Shown here in pieces: positions 1-10,947 of a stretch of 36,622 bases of DNA. The notes beneath the pieces are model-generated. The model ran no database searches and had not been told where the DNA came from. It was given only the letters and a program-made list of their open reading frames with translations. The stretch is from Octopus bimaculoides. Taxonomy: Eukaryota. The translations under genes and the position numbers were made by a program. Position 1 is the stretch's first letter. Each line of letters begins with the position of its first letter. The stretch spans positions 135,113,473-135,150,094 of the forward strand of contig NC_068983.1 in the NCBI RefSeq assembly GCF_001194135.2, in the 5' to 3' direction.

Positions 1-164
1 CTATCGTCTTCCTTACTGGCCATTTACGAATTCACTATGTTATCGAAGTATAACATATTTATATCATTTGATATATTTTTGTGTTCGACCGTGTGACGCG
101 TATAATAAAAGGAGCCCTGTTTTTCCATTCGTCACCATTTCTCCTTTTGGGTTCGCACGGTCGT

Positions 165-168
<4 letters not shown>

Positions 169-241
<73 letters not shown>
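169..241. repeat. (CA)n(TA)n compound microsatellite
   Basis: Direct reading; explains the HTHT/IYIY pseudo-ORFs. Confidence 0.95.
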
Positions 242-242
<1 letters not shown>

Positions 243-485
243 TTCAGCAGTATCAATATATGTATAAAGATAGATAGATGGAGATACACTGGACTTTTCA
301 AGGAAATAGAGAGGGAGTATAAAGAAGATGACCTCGGATCAGTGTTGAGAGAAAATAGTTATGTCAGGAAGGAACAAAGATACAGGGTTTTCTGCTGCTG
401 AGATGGTGGAATTTATAATTCACTCAGTTTATTGTTACTTCCTCACCGGCTTAACTCACTCCCAACTCTCTGTCTGTCTGTCTGT

Positions 486-546
<61 letters not shown>

Positions 547-896
547 GATCTATATGTACTAAAATGTGTTTATTTGTGACGTCTAGTGTGTGGCATTATT
601 CAGTAGTAATGCCCTTATATAAATATAAACGAATAATTATATTCTTGGGAATAGAAATTTCCCTTATGAATTTTTTTACACACTAGCTTCCTGATAAAAT
701 TCTTGTAAAAGATTTTTATCCTATTATTGAATTTATTAATCAAATATATATCCGGAATATATTCAGTGCTGAATTTTATTCCGCTTTAGACACGTGTACC
801 GAGAACAACTCAAAAAGATTCCCGCTTTTTTGCAGAGATGTATAGGGATAAACATTATTCCGTTTACTTTGTCGGATACATAAGGTGTTCGTTTTG

Positions 897-1132
897 NNNN
901 NNNNNNNNNNNNNNNNNNNNNNNNNNNNNNNNNNNNNNNNNNNNNNNNNNNNNNNNNNNNNNNNNNNNNNNNNNNNNNNNNNNNNNNNNNNNNNNNNNNN
1001 NNNNNNNNNNNNNNNNNNNNNNNNNNNNNNNNNNNNNNNNNNNNNNNNNNNNNNNNNNNNNNNNNNNNNNNNNNNNNNNNNNNNNNNNNNNNNNNNNNNN
1101 NNNNNNNNNNNNNNNNNNNNNNNNNNNNNNNN
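897..1132. other. Assembly gap (N run); other gaps at 22484-22764, 28509-29498, 30326-30687 and 35800-35809
   Basis: N characters; each gap borders (TA)n or (TG)n on at least one side. Confidence 0.98.
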
Positions 1133-1178
1133 ATATATATATGTATACATAGATAAATATACGTTTATATATACGTGC

Positions 1179-1212
<34 letters not shown>

Positions 1213-2105
1213 AGAAAGTGCTGGATGTTAAACATCTGAAATTCGCAGACAAGTGAGACAACTTGTTCCAAATCCCATTCAAGAGCAGTGGAAATCGACA
1301 TTTCACCATTTTTGTGGTTTATCAACATTACGTACCTGCTCCGAATCGGAAGCGAACTGAATCGCCAGTCTATGACTACATACAAATAGTGTAAAAATAG
1401 CTATGAGAAAACGCGCGACTATGACAAAATGGACGGCTATGACAAAACGTTACGCCTCCAGAAAGAAATAAAACAATTCTTCACCGGTCGCCAAACAAAA
1501 TGAAACTAAATACAGAATAACGAAAATGAAAGTAATCTCATTATGGCTAAATTAGTGTCTACTTCTATTTAATTCTTTCATTTGTTCCAAATTATCCAGA
1601 TTCCAGAGACATATTTATCATCTGGCTATCAACTTTGGGTATATAAATTATCATACGCACATATCCAAATTCCTCAGTAGTGCACAGATGTTTCCCTGTA
1701 TCAACAGGCTGTCACGCTGCTGAGTTTTTCTTTTTCTTTTCTCTTTTTTTTTTTACACCCACTGAGAGCATAGTGATGCAGGAAAAAGTATACAATGCCA
1801 GAAAGCGACGAGTTTACATAGTAGCTTTCATATTGGGAGGTCAGTGTAGAGAGGTTGGCGAGGCAACGTGAATTTTGCAAAAACGAGTTTTCATCAATAC
1901 ATATCCTGCAAAAAAAAACACCAAAAGCGAGAGTCGTGATCGGACTCATTCGTATTAAATATAGACGTTTATATATCATACGCAATGTGCTACGCAATGT
2001 AGCCCTTGAGTTTGTTGTCGGACTCCCAAGCCTACGCAAGCTCATAAAGCAGACCCATAAGTGCCGCCTTCATAAAAGTGTCGCTCTCTACTGTATATGC
2101 ATATA

Positions 2106-2484
2106 CAGGAGCGGCTGTGTGGTAAATAGCTTGCTTACCAACCACATGGTTCCGGGTTCAGTCTCACTGCGTGACATCTTGGGCAAGTGTCTTCTACTAT
2201 ATCCTCGGGCCAACCAAAGCCTTGAGTGGATTTGGTAGACGGAAACTGAAAGAAGCCTGTTGTATATATGTGTGTGCGTGCGTGTGTGCGCGCACACACA
2301 CACACACACCATCGCTTGACAACCGATGCTGGTGTGTTTACGTCCCCGTAACTAGCGGTTCAACAAAAGCCACCAATAGGTTAAGTACTAGGCTTACAAA
2401 GAATAAGTGCTGGAGTCAATTTGTTCGACTAAAGACAGTGCTCCAGCATGGTCGCAGTCAATTGACTGAAACAAGTAAAAGAGT
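2106..2484 (+). mobile_element. tRNA-derived SINE, family A (octopus OK/OR-type), near full length
   Basis: Box A-like GGCTGTGTGG and box B-like GGTTCAGTC head; central CTTGGGCAAGTGTCTT; internal (TG)/(CA) tract; 3' body matches the minus copies at 10661-10930 and 33160-33350. Confidence 0.85.
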
Positions 2485-3131
2485 ATATATATATATGTAC
2501 ACATACACATTTATACACACACACACTCATGTATAAGTATGTATGTGTACGTGTTTTTCTATACTCGTCTGTTTCTCCTTCTCACCCCCGTTTATCTCTT
2601 TGACTCAATTTGTCTCTCTTGTTCATCCGTTCCTCTTTTTCTTTCTGTAATTTGCTCTCCCTTTTCACTATCCATTGTGACCCTATTATATTTTTTTTCT
2701 CCTCCTATAACAATGTTTCTGATTTTTTTTGTTTTTTTTTTTTCCCGATATCTATCATTATCTTTATCTCTCTCAACGACCCTTCTCTTGTAGCCTCTTT
2801 CTAAATGCTGTTCTCCTCCTCGCCTTCTTTTTCACATTGCAGTCTATTATATAAAAGTTTATCACCTCCACTACCTTCTGAAAAGTTGACTTTCTTTACT
2901 CAGGAGAAATAAATTTTGAATAGCTGAGATTATTTTTCAATAATCATCTTATTTCTTACACAATATTATTTTTATTTATATATTTTGCTAAATACCTTTT
3001 TTTGTCGCTGTTCTTCATGTGTGTAACCGCAGATTGACCGTAATTGACCAGACCTATAGTTCATATGTGGTCGGCTGTAATCTGGGTGTGATTCTCAAGC
3101 CCATAGCTCCAGACATACAAATGGTTCTAAC

Positions 3132-3572
3132 CGGTGGCGTAATTTCAAAATTGGCACCTTTTCAACAATTTTAAAAAAAATCTTTAGTTCACTTTTATGA
3201 TAAAAGTCGTTGTTTTTCTTTTCTTCCCTTTTTTTTTTTTTGTTAATCTCATGGCCTTGAAAGAACTTTCTGGAGTCATTACCTTATTTGACTAATCTCC
3301 CGTGTTTTTGAAGTATCTGCTCAATCTCCTCTGATTTGTTGATGGCCATTGACATCATAACCTCTCGACATCTTTTTAACGTCACACCTATATCGGTTGT
3401 TAACATTGTTACTGAAACATGATATTGGTGAATGTAGAATACAATTACGTATATTATATCTAATGAAATATTTCGCGTAATATAAAAGAAATGAGTATTA
3501 AACTGTTTGGTATGTGTCACGGCGTCTTTTTTTATGTGCTCGCTCCTCCTAACTTTAGAACCTGGTTACTTG
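3132..3572. mobile_element. Non-autonomous hAT element, copy 1
   Basis: Left TIR CGGTGGCGTAAT, eroded right TIR GTTACTTG; 8-bp TSD GTTCTAAC (3124-3131) / GTTTTAAC (3573-3580), 7/8 match; colinear with 20195-20821. Confidence 0.8.
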
Positions 3573-5392
3573 GTTTTAACTGAGGACCATGCAATACATT
3601 CCGATTAATCGCATGAAGTGTAGTGAGGTTTATGTATTTTCTTCACTGTACAGTAAAGACAATACATGTTCACACCATTTCACTTCGCCTGTATATTCTG
3701 GTTGTGACTCCAGCGAAGGTAGGCAAGTAGAACATTTATTCCTCTGCACTTAAAATTGGTGAAACCCCAGTTTCAGAGACCGTCTCGGTGGAAGTAATTG
3801 AAAACGATTGAAATTAATATTTAATGTTCAGTCACGGTTATTGATCAACTTTCCCATTTTTGACTGCATACCCGCACAAGGATATATGTTAAGGGTACAT
3901 CAAGGTTATATACATTTAGTTAGCTTTCTCAACCTACTGAGTGAGATGTAAGCTTATCGATCTTTTTAATGAATTAGTTTTAATCAGACATCTTAATCTC
4001 GGCCTGAGTGACCTGATCTCCGAGTCCAAGGTTACAGTCGACATTTATAACTCATATTTGATTGCTGTAGTGATTATAATCAGCGTAAAGTCAAAAGGAC
4101 GAGAAAGTCAAACAACGGAAAACGCAAGCTATTGATTCACAAATATTAAACATTAGAAAGACGAACTTGTTCAGAAATATCACGTCCACTTTTATTAAGT
4201 GGAATGTCAGAATGAATTTTCAGTTAGCCAATCGATTAAGTACTTTTCTGAATTAACTGCCAGGTATTAAAATTAAAGGAAACTATTGATTAAATAAAAT
4301 GAATGATAAAACGACAGGAGGAATTGTAAAACAAAAGGAACGGACATACATTTAAATCGTATTTCAAACAAATCAAATAGAAGTGGTTGGCGGAAGACTG
4401 CAAAGCAAATATGAAAACATTGGTCTGTGTACTTTCGAAAGAGTAGTACATTTTGTGAAAACGTTCGTCTGTGTGCTATCATTATCGATCGTACTGTGGT
4501 CTATTTTAACAAAAGATTGGCAATTAAATGATATAATATACGTAGACATATATACAGAATGTAAAACAAGACTTGCAACTTATAATCTGATAAATTCTCT
4601 TTATACGAGATAAAAGAAAATTTCCTTCGTTAATTCGGATTTTTAATAGAGCGATTTCTGAAGTATTTTCCAGACGAGAAATGAATTGTATAAAACAGAA
4701 AGAACTCGGTGAGACCGACCCAATTTCAGTTCTCGGTTGTTGTTACTTTTATACTTCCCTTACGTTGCTATCACACTTATAAAAAGCACGAACATCATGC
4801 AATCTCAACTGCATAACCCTAATGTATTTCAATGTTGTGATAGCCAACAAGACAGTGTCCACATCCTTGATGAAATGTTATGAGTTCGCATCTTATTACT
4901 AAGACTGGATCGTTTTCTGAATAAAGCACTGACCTCCAATTTCAATGCTGTAATAGCTTTAGATAAATTTCCTTTTCATCAGTTGAATTGTTGAAACACT
5001 TCTGAACATTTCATTTCCTTAGATTGAACAATCGTTACATACTTGGGTTTTTATTTTTTTATTTATTCAGAATCATTGGAAGATTTGACACTGGCATTAT
5101 AAGTAAAGAAAGCACACGTCAAATATATTATGCTCCCATTTACTTTAGCGGGCTTTTAGCCTTCAATGATACTTATTTACAGCTAGGTAAATAAGAATAT
5201 TAGAGTTGGGGAAACAGTGCAGCAACGAAGAATACAAACTGACGACTCTTCGTATTTAATTCAATTCAAAAGAGGTAAGATATTTGAGAACAAGAAAATA
5301 CCTAGGATTATTTTTGGACGTTCCTTGTTTTGTCACAAAAATTTACAGCTGATGATGGAATCTGTTTAGTATTGTAGTAACGCCTTGTCTTG

Positions 5393-5404
5393 TGCGCATG
5401 CGTA
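5393..5404. promoter_or_regulatory. NRF1-like palindromic site in a locally CpG-rich promoter-like patch
   Basis: TGCGCATGCGTA is 11/12 to TGCGCATGCGCA and lies about 57 bp before GCCGGCCGACC-ATG at 5461. Confidence 0.55.
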
Positions 5405-5460
5405 GTCATCAATATCCAAGTTTGGCGCCCTTATTCATTCTCTTTTCTCGCCGGCCGACC

Positions 5461-5580
5461 ATGAGCTCAGACGTCCAACAGAACTCTCTCACATGTCAGC
5501 ACCAGAGCTTCACAAATAACCACGGAAATCATTCAGAAGGCGTCTCAGCAACCAAGGGCGATGAGCTGCCCATTTCCTCT
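5461..5580 (+). CDS. Candidate first coding exon (MSSDVQQNSLTCQHQSFTNNHGNHSEGVSATKGDELPISS), product unknown
   Basis: ACC-ATG context, 40 open codons, GTAAAT donor at 5581, upstream NRF1-like site. Confidence 0.45.
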
Positions 5581-5768
5581 GTAAATAAATATTGTTGTGT
5601 TGATGGATCGGAGTCTGCGTTTCGTTGTTTCTTCAGAATTTAATGTACGGAAGCGGGTATACACCTAATGGTGTATAACCACATTCCTACAGTATCATCT
5701 CTGTACTCCTGAATCTCATCTCTTCTAACAGATTTCCTATTTTCGTTTCCTTGACCCGTCTGTATAGT

Positions 5769-5891
5769 CACTAGCGTAGCTAGAGTGTGTGTCGCCCGGA
5801 GCGGACCTTCCGTTTGCCCTCCTCGGGGACCTCACAAAAAACATAAGTGCTGCTCGGGGCGGACTGCCCCCCCTCCCCAGCTACGCTAGTG
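5769..5891. mobile_element. 123-bp hAT-type MITE
   Basis: Perfect 13-bp TIR CACTAGCGTAGCT / AGCTACGCTAGTG; 8-bp TSD TGTATAGT (5761-5768) / TGTATGGT (5892-5899). Confidence 0.9.
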
Positions 5892-6084
5892 TGTATGGTA
5901 TCACTTTATTGTGATCTATTTAGACGTGTCCAGGTCTCTATAGTGTCCAGGTCTAGGCTGTATCCTCGATGTTCCGATATCAGCATCCTTTGAAGAAGAC
6001 ATGTTGCTCGTTAATTAATATCTAATGTTAATTTCTTTTTTGGATTAACTTTTCTGAGTAACATTAACGTAACCTGGAATTATA

Positions 6085-6300
6085 TATTGGTTTCAAATTT
6101 TGTTACAAGCGCAGAAATTTTTGGGAAGCGGGCAAGTCGATTGCATCGATACCAGTTGTTCAGACGGTACTTAATTCTATCAACATCGAAAGGACGAAAG
6201 GCAAAGTCAACACAGTGGCATTTTGAACTCAGAATGTGAAGTCGGAAGAAATACCGCTAAACATTTTTACCGGTGCGGAAACGATTCTGCCAGCTCGCCC
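6085..6300 (-). mobile_element. tRNA-derived SINE, family B (GGCGAGCTGGCAGAATCG head)
   Basis: Minus strand reads GGCGAGCTGGCAGAATCG...GAGTTCAAA...CTTTCGTCCTTTCG...AAAATTTGAAACCAAT; matches five other copies in the window. Confidence 0.88.
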
Positions 6301-6327
6301 ATCTAATCATTAAATGAATACGAGATA

Positions 6328-6546
6328 ATTCTTTCTAATTTTGGCACAAGGCCAGCTGCTATGAGGGGAGCGAGGGAACTCTACTACATCAACTCAAGTA
6401 CTTAACTGGTACTTTATTCTTATCAACTCCAGAAGGATGAAAGACAGTAAAATTCGGCGTTATTTGAATTTAAATTGTAAAAGACGTAAGAACTGCCATT
6501 ATGCATTTTGTCCGATGCTCTTAACGATTCTGCTAGCTCGCCGCCT
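6328..6546 (-). mobile_element. SINE family B, tandem neighbour of 6085-6300
   Basis: Same head, core and tail; more diverged. Confidence 0.85.
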
Positions 6547-6813
6547 GATAAATGCTGAATAATAATGCTTAATAAAATATTATTAGCAAATAATACTTTG
6601 CCACAACGTGAATGGAAATAATTGTCTACGATAATATTAAACAATTGTGTCTAGTAACAATACGATTTCGTTTGAACAATATCATTTAATTAAAAGAACA
6701 AGAGGAAAATAAAGAAACAAAAATAGTGAGAGGTCTCTGTCAACAGAAAGTCAAATACTGTGTGTGCAATTAATTGTTTGAAATATATCTTGAGCGGTGA
6801 TTTATTGGTGACC

Positions 6814-7010
6814 GGTTATAAAGTCATAGGGAAAAAAGGCACAGTAATAAAGTCATAATTTTGGCGAGGAAAAAAGTCACAATTAATTTACGATAGCCGA
6901 TAATAAGGCCACAAGAAAAAAAGTCACAATTTATGGGATCCGACAACCCCACCCACTAGTACAACCTACCCCCCGGACAAAACCCCTGTGACTTTATTAC
7001 CATGACTTTT
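6814..7010. mobile_element. Probable MITE remnant with an AAAGTCA subterminal array
   Basis: 18-bp inverted repeat 6814-6831 / 6984-7001 (16/18); four plus and two minus AAAGTCA units. Confidence 0.45.
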
Positions 7011-7382
7011 TTTTTTTTTTTTTTTACCTTGATTCGATTTATTGATTCTAGAAAGTTGAGCATCATAATCTGAGGCTAAATTTAGAAAATGATATCTAAC
7101 GATGATGTAAAGACCAGACATTTTGGGTTAAGCGTGTAAGTTGATTCAATCGACTTCCGGTACGCGAATAATATTTATTTGAGCGACACAGGTGAAATGG
7201 AAAACTAATTCAACTGCAGCGGGATATAAAATCAAAACAAAAAGAGATGTAAATAGGTATTACAAGTCAGTACAAACATATTTACTGTAATAATTCCAGA
7301 AAAGTTAGTTGAAATTACAAAGGGGATGAAAAGAATCATTATTATCTATGAAGGGCAAGAAAGAGAAAAGCCATGAAATATT

Positions 7383-7597
7383 GGTTTCAAATTTTGGCAC
7401 AAGGCCAGCAATTTTGGGGGAGGGATTAAGCCTATTACATCGGCCTCAGTACTCAACTGGTTTTTATTTTATTGACCCTGAAAGGATGAAAAGCAAAGTC
7501 GACCCCCGCCGCCTTTGAACACAGTACGTAAAGTCAGAAAAAAATGCAACGAGGCATGTTGTCCGTTGTAGTAACGATTCTGCCAGCTCGCCGTCTT
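7383..7597 (-). mobile_element. SINE family B, full length with TSD
   Basis: Perfect 12-bp direct repeat CCATGAAATATT at 7371-7382 and 7602-7613; head and tail match the family. Confidence 0.92.
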
Positions 7598-7794
7598 AGA
7601 TCCATGAAATATTAATTAAGCATAGAATGTAAGTAATGCAGTGGGGAGTGATTGTGATCTTGGTAGTATGGATGATAACTTCAGATGTTTCGGTGTTATT
7701 TGACCTCCTCACTGAAGTATCGTCATTACCACCACCACCACCACCACCATTACTATTATTTATTTATGTGTGTGTAGTTAGAGAGAGAGGGGGT

Positions 7795-7851
<57 letters not shown>

Positions 7852-7885
7852 GGATAGACAGACAGACAGACAGATAGGTAGATAG
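7795..7885. repeat. (GATA)n/(GACA)n microsatellite
   Basis: Direct reading. Confidence 0.95.
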
Positions 7886-8552
7886 ATATTATATGTTATG
7901 TGTGACTAAATAGTGAGTGATGCAATAACTTGAAGAGACACGTTCTATGTTTTAAAAACAAAATGGTAACATGGGTACTAATATACTTAATCTAGTGAGT
8001 GAAGAAGTATGAATATATTAAAAGTACAGTGTGTGTGGGAAAATCATTAACTTAAGCTTAAGTAATTTTTCGTTTTAACTATCCAGAAAGTGAAAGAACT
8101 CAGTAAAAATTTAAACACAGTAGTAAAACGAAACTGAGCTCTGAAAATACCCGTTAACTATAGTTTCTGTACCGACACCGACCCGCAACATGACGTGTTT
8201 ACAGTGAATGAACAGTCATCAATAAAAAGGCATCACAACACGACACAGTGGGTCTCGAGACCCAAAGAAAAAAGAATTTTGTTTAATACTTCGATGATAT
8301 TTGCATATACACAAATATTTTACTCATTACAGTGCATCATTGAATTATTAATCCCTATGATATAAGAACCTTAATTGTACTTCTAATGTCACTCGGCATG
8401 ATGCAAATATCTTGGAGAAAAGAATTCTTTTTTCACAGACGTATGCTATTGGAAAGGTTGAACCATCTTTTTCAATACGTGAACTGTTTTAAAATAAATT
8501 TTCAGTTTCAAAGAAAACATTCTTTCAGTTATAAATTAATGCCGATTTGTAG

Positions 8553-8649
8553 TTACCGGTGTATGCCGGTATTTGCCATGTTTGCTCTGGATATTTGAAA
8601 CAAAAGATTTCCATCTCATGATCAATTCTGATCAAGAAGGGCAAGAGAG
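8553..8649 (+). CDS. Candidate internal exon (ATG at 8618 gives MINSDQEGQE-, ends in phase 2)
   Basis: TTTGTAG acceptor, GAG|GTAACT donor, one fully open frame; phase-compatible with 15187-15219. Confidence 0.35.
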
Positions 8650-9626
8650 GTAACTTCGAAATATTAATGAATTAAAACAATTAAAAATAGAATGTAAACA
8701 ATGCAATGGTAATTTTTAATAGTCTTTATCCACTCGCTTTTCATGGCGGCTTTTTTAACTTGGTAACATCAACTTCCAATATTCAGTGAATTAGTTTGAC
8801 CTGAAAATGCCTATTCACATGTTTGTTTAGACTAGGTTTCTTTGCGAGTGTATTTGAATATATCGTGGGACATGTTAAAGTAGTGTATAACTCTGCCTCT
8901 CAATAAATATTTACAATGCATTGCGTGCTTTCGTTAGAAAATGGAGTAAATGTTCAATTCTATGTCTATAGAAGTTCTTTCCTATTCTCTCTTCCTCCTT
9001 CCTTTTTCCTCCTCTCTCTAACTTTCTCCCTTCCCACCCCTCTTTATATATATTCATACATAGCCACACACTCACTCTCTCTCACACACGTTCTCTTGTT
9101 CTGTTTTCCTATTCCTCTTTCATTTCTCGTTCCGTCTCTTTCTCACAGAGAGCAGCCTTCGCACCCGCAACTTTTTGATGGCGAAAACAGCATTTCAAGC
9201 AAGGTCTGTTTCCAATAATCATGAACCTTAGGCGGTAATCATCATTAAGTAGTAAAATCTGACATACATCAGTTTTGTTTTTGTTTTTTCTTTTCTGTCC
9301 CGCCTTTACATATTTCTTCGCTAATCTTAAATCTATAGACAAAGGCCTATATTAACAATCTTTCTGTTGTGTTGCAACATTGACTCATTGACTTTGTTTC
9401 TCTAATTACGTTGTTTCCTTTTTGGCATTCTGCCTGCTATTTTCCTCTCCTCTATATTCACACTCTCACATGAATGCACTTTTCTAACGATATTGACCAT
9501 ATGTCCGAGCTAAGATTAATGCTGAACAGCGCTTTGCCTCTAGTTCAGCGTTTCCTAAGCTTTTCTAAACCCCTGCACTTCTAGGAAACACTTCATTAAT
9601 TTTCCTACTCTCTACAAAAGTAATAT

Positions 9627-9680
9627 TGATTTCAAATTTTGGCACAAGGCCAGCAGCTTTGGGGGAGGGAGTAAGTCGAT
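9627..9680 (-). mobile_element. SINE family B 3' fragment
   Basis: TTTCAAATTTTGGCACAAGGCCAGC tail; bracketed by a perfect 19-bp inverted repeat. Confidence 0.8.
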
Positions 9681-9699
9681 ATATTACTTTTGTAGAGAG

Positions 9700-9917
9700 G
9701 GAGGCGAGCTGATAGAATCGTTAGCAAACCGGATGAAATGCCGCTAAGCATTTTGTCCGTCTTTATGTTCTGAGTTCAAATTTCACCTAGGTCGACTTCG
9801 CTTTTTATCCTTTCCGGGTCAATAAAATAAGCAACAGTTGACCACTGGGGTTGATATAATCAATTAACCCTCTCCTCCTAAAACTGCTGGTCTTGTGCCA
9901 AAACTTGAAACAATATT
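9700..9917 (+). mobile_element. SINE family B, full length
   Basis: GGCGAGCTGATAGAATCGTTAGC head, GAGTTCAAAT box B, TTGTGCCAAAACTTGAAAC tail. Confidence 0.9.
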
Positions 9918-10321
9918 ATGAATGTTATTTTTAATGTTAAGAATTGTTTATTCGTAAAGATTTGTTATTTATTTCTTTTGAACCACAAATAATTTTATGA
10001 ATGAACAAACTGAACCAAAAACTAAGCTATTGACACAGTGAATAAGATGCAAATATAAATTGATGAATTCGAAATCAGTTGTCAACATTGAAATCAATAA
10101 CGATTGCAAACATTAAACAAGTCAAATCTACATATGCAGAATAATAAAGTTCTTGCTGTGTTTAATAAAGATATTTTTAATACTTAATTTTGTTCTGAAA
10201 AGTAATTTTAATTAAGTATGCGTTATCTTTCTTTGTTAGAATCTCTGAAATGCTATCTCCTACCCCCAGCAAGGGCAGGTGAGGGAAGGTGTCCTAGGTT
10301 GGGAACCCCTGTTCAGGTTCA

Positions 10322-10552
10322 ATTTATGATCTCTAATTTAAGTACAAAGCTGGCAATTTGAGGGGAAGGTTGTTTTTAGTCAATTAAAATCGACATTTAA
10401 CAGGTACTATATTTTTTGAATCTGGAGAGATGAAAGGCAAAGTTAACCTTACTAGTATTTGAACTCAGAATGTAAATATCCGGAACAAATACTGCAAAGC
10501 GTTCCCTCCCCCACCCCCGGACGCTCTAACGTTTCTGCCAGCTCGCCGTTCT
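10322..10552 (-). mobile_element. SINE family B, diverged, with a short C-rich insertion
   Basis: TCTGCCAGCTCGCC head and GATGAAAGGCAAAGTT core on the plus reading. Confidence 0.8.
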
Positions 10553-10660
10553 TCCTGTACGTGACAAGCTAAAGGATTTTTAATTAAATACCATCTTGGT
10601 AACTGGAACAGTTATTTTCTTAAATTATTAATTCTAGTGAAACAGCAGTGGGAGTGGAGA

Positions 10661-10930
10661 ACATTGGTCATGCTGGGGTACCGCCTTTAAGAGTTTAGTC
10701 AAACAAATCGACCACAGCGCTTAAATTTTTAAAGTCTGGTACTTATTCTATCGGTATATTTTTGCTGAACCGCTAAGCCATGAGGACGTAAAAATGCAAC
10801 ACTGGTTATCAAGTGATGTTTGGAGACAAACACAAACATAAAAAGACACAAACTCACATAAATATGAACAGGATTCCACACAGTTTCTGTCTATCAAATT
10901 CACACATAAAGTATTGGTCGACCCGGAGGC
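10661..10930 (-). mobile_element. SINE family A, 5'-truncated
   Basis: Reverse complement aligns by eye to about 2205-2450; the head is missing at the 10930 junction. Confidence 0.75.
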
Positions 10931-10947
10931 GAAATTTTATTTTCCCT

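Noticed and set aside
3284-3520. 78-aa minus ORF with an apparent splice donor
   Set aside because: It lies inside the hAT element and the frame is not preserved in copy 2
1818-4397. Minus-strand exon candidates 1818-1905 and 4350-4397, suggesting a divergent gene from the 5400 promoter
   Set aside because: Their phases do not chain and I recognise no protein; left unresolved
8250-8263. Perfect 14-bp palindrome GGGTCTCGAGACCC
   Set aside because: Isolated; possibly a MITE subterminal motif, but no element boundaries are visible
9149-9203. Candidate exon EQPSHPQLFDGENSISSK
   Set aside because: The donor (GTCTGT) is weak and the pyrimidine tract is generic low-complexity sequence; not needed for the phase chain, but not excluded
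10296-10311. AGGTTGGGAACCCCTG, a Charlie-like hAT TIR
   Set aside because: No partner TIR or TSD found
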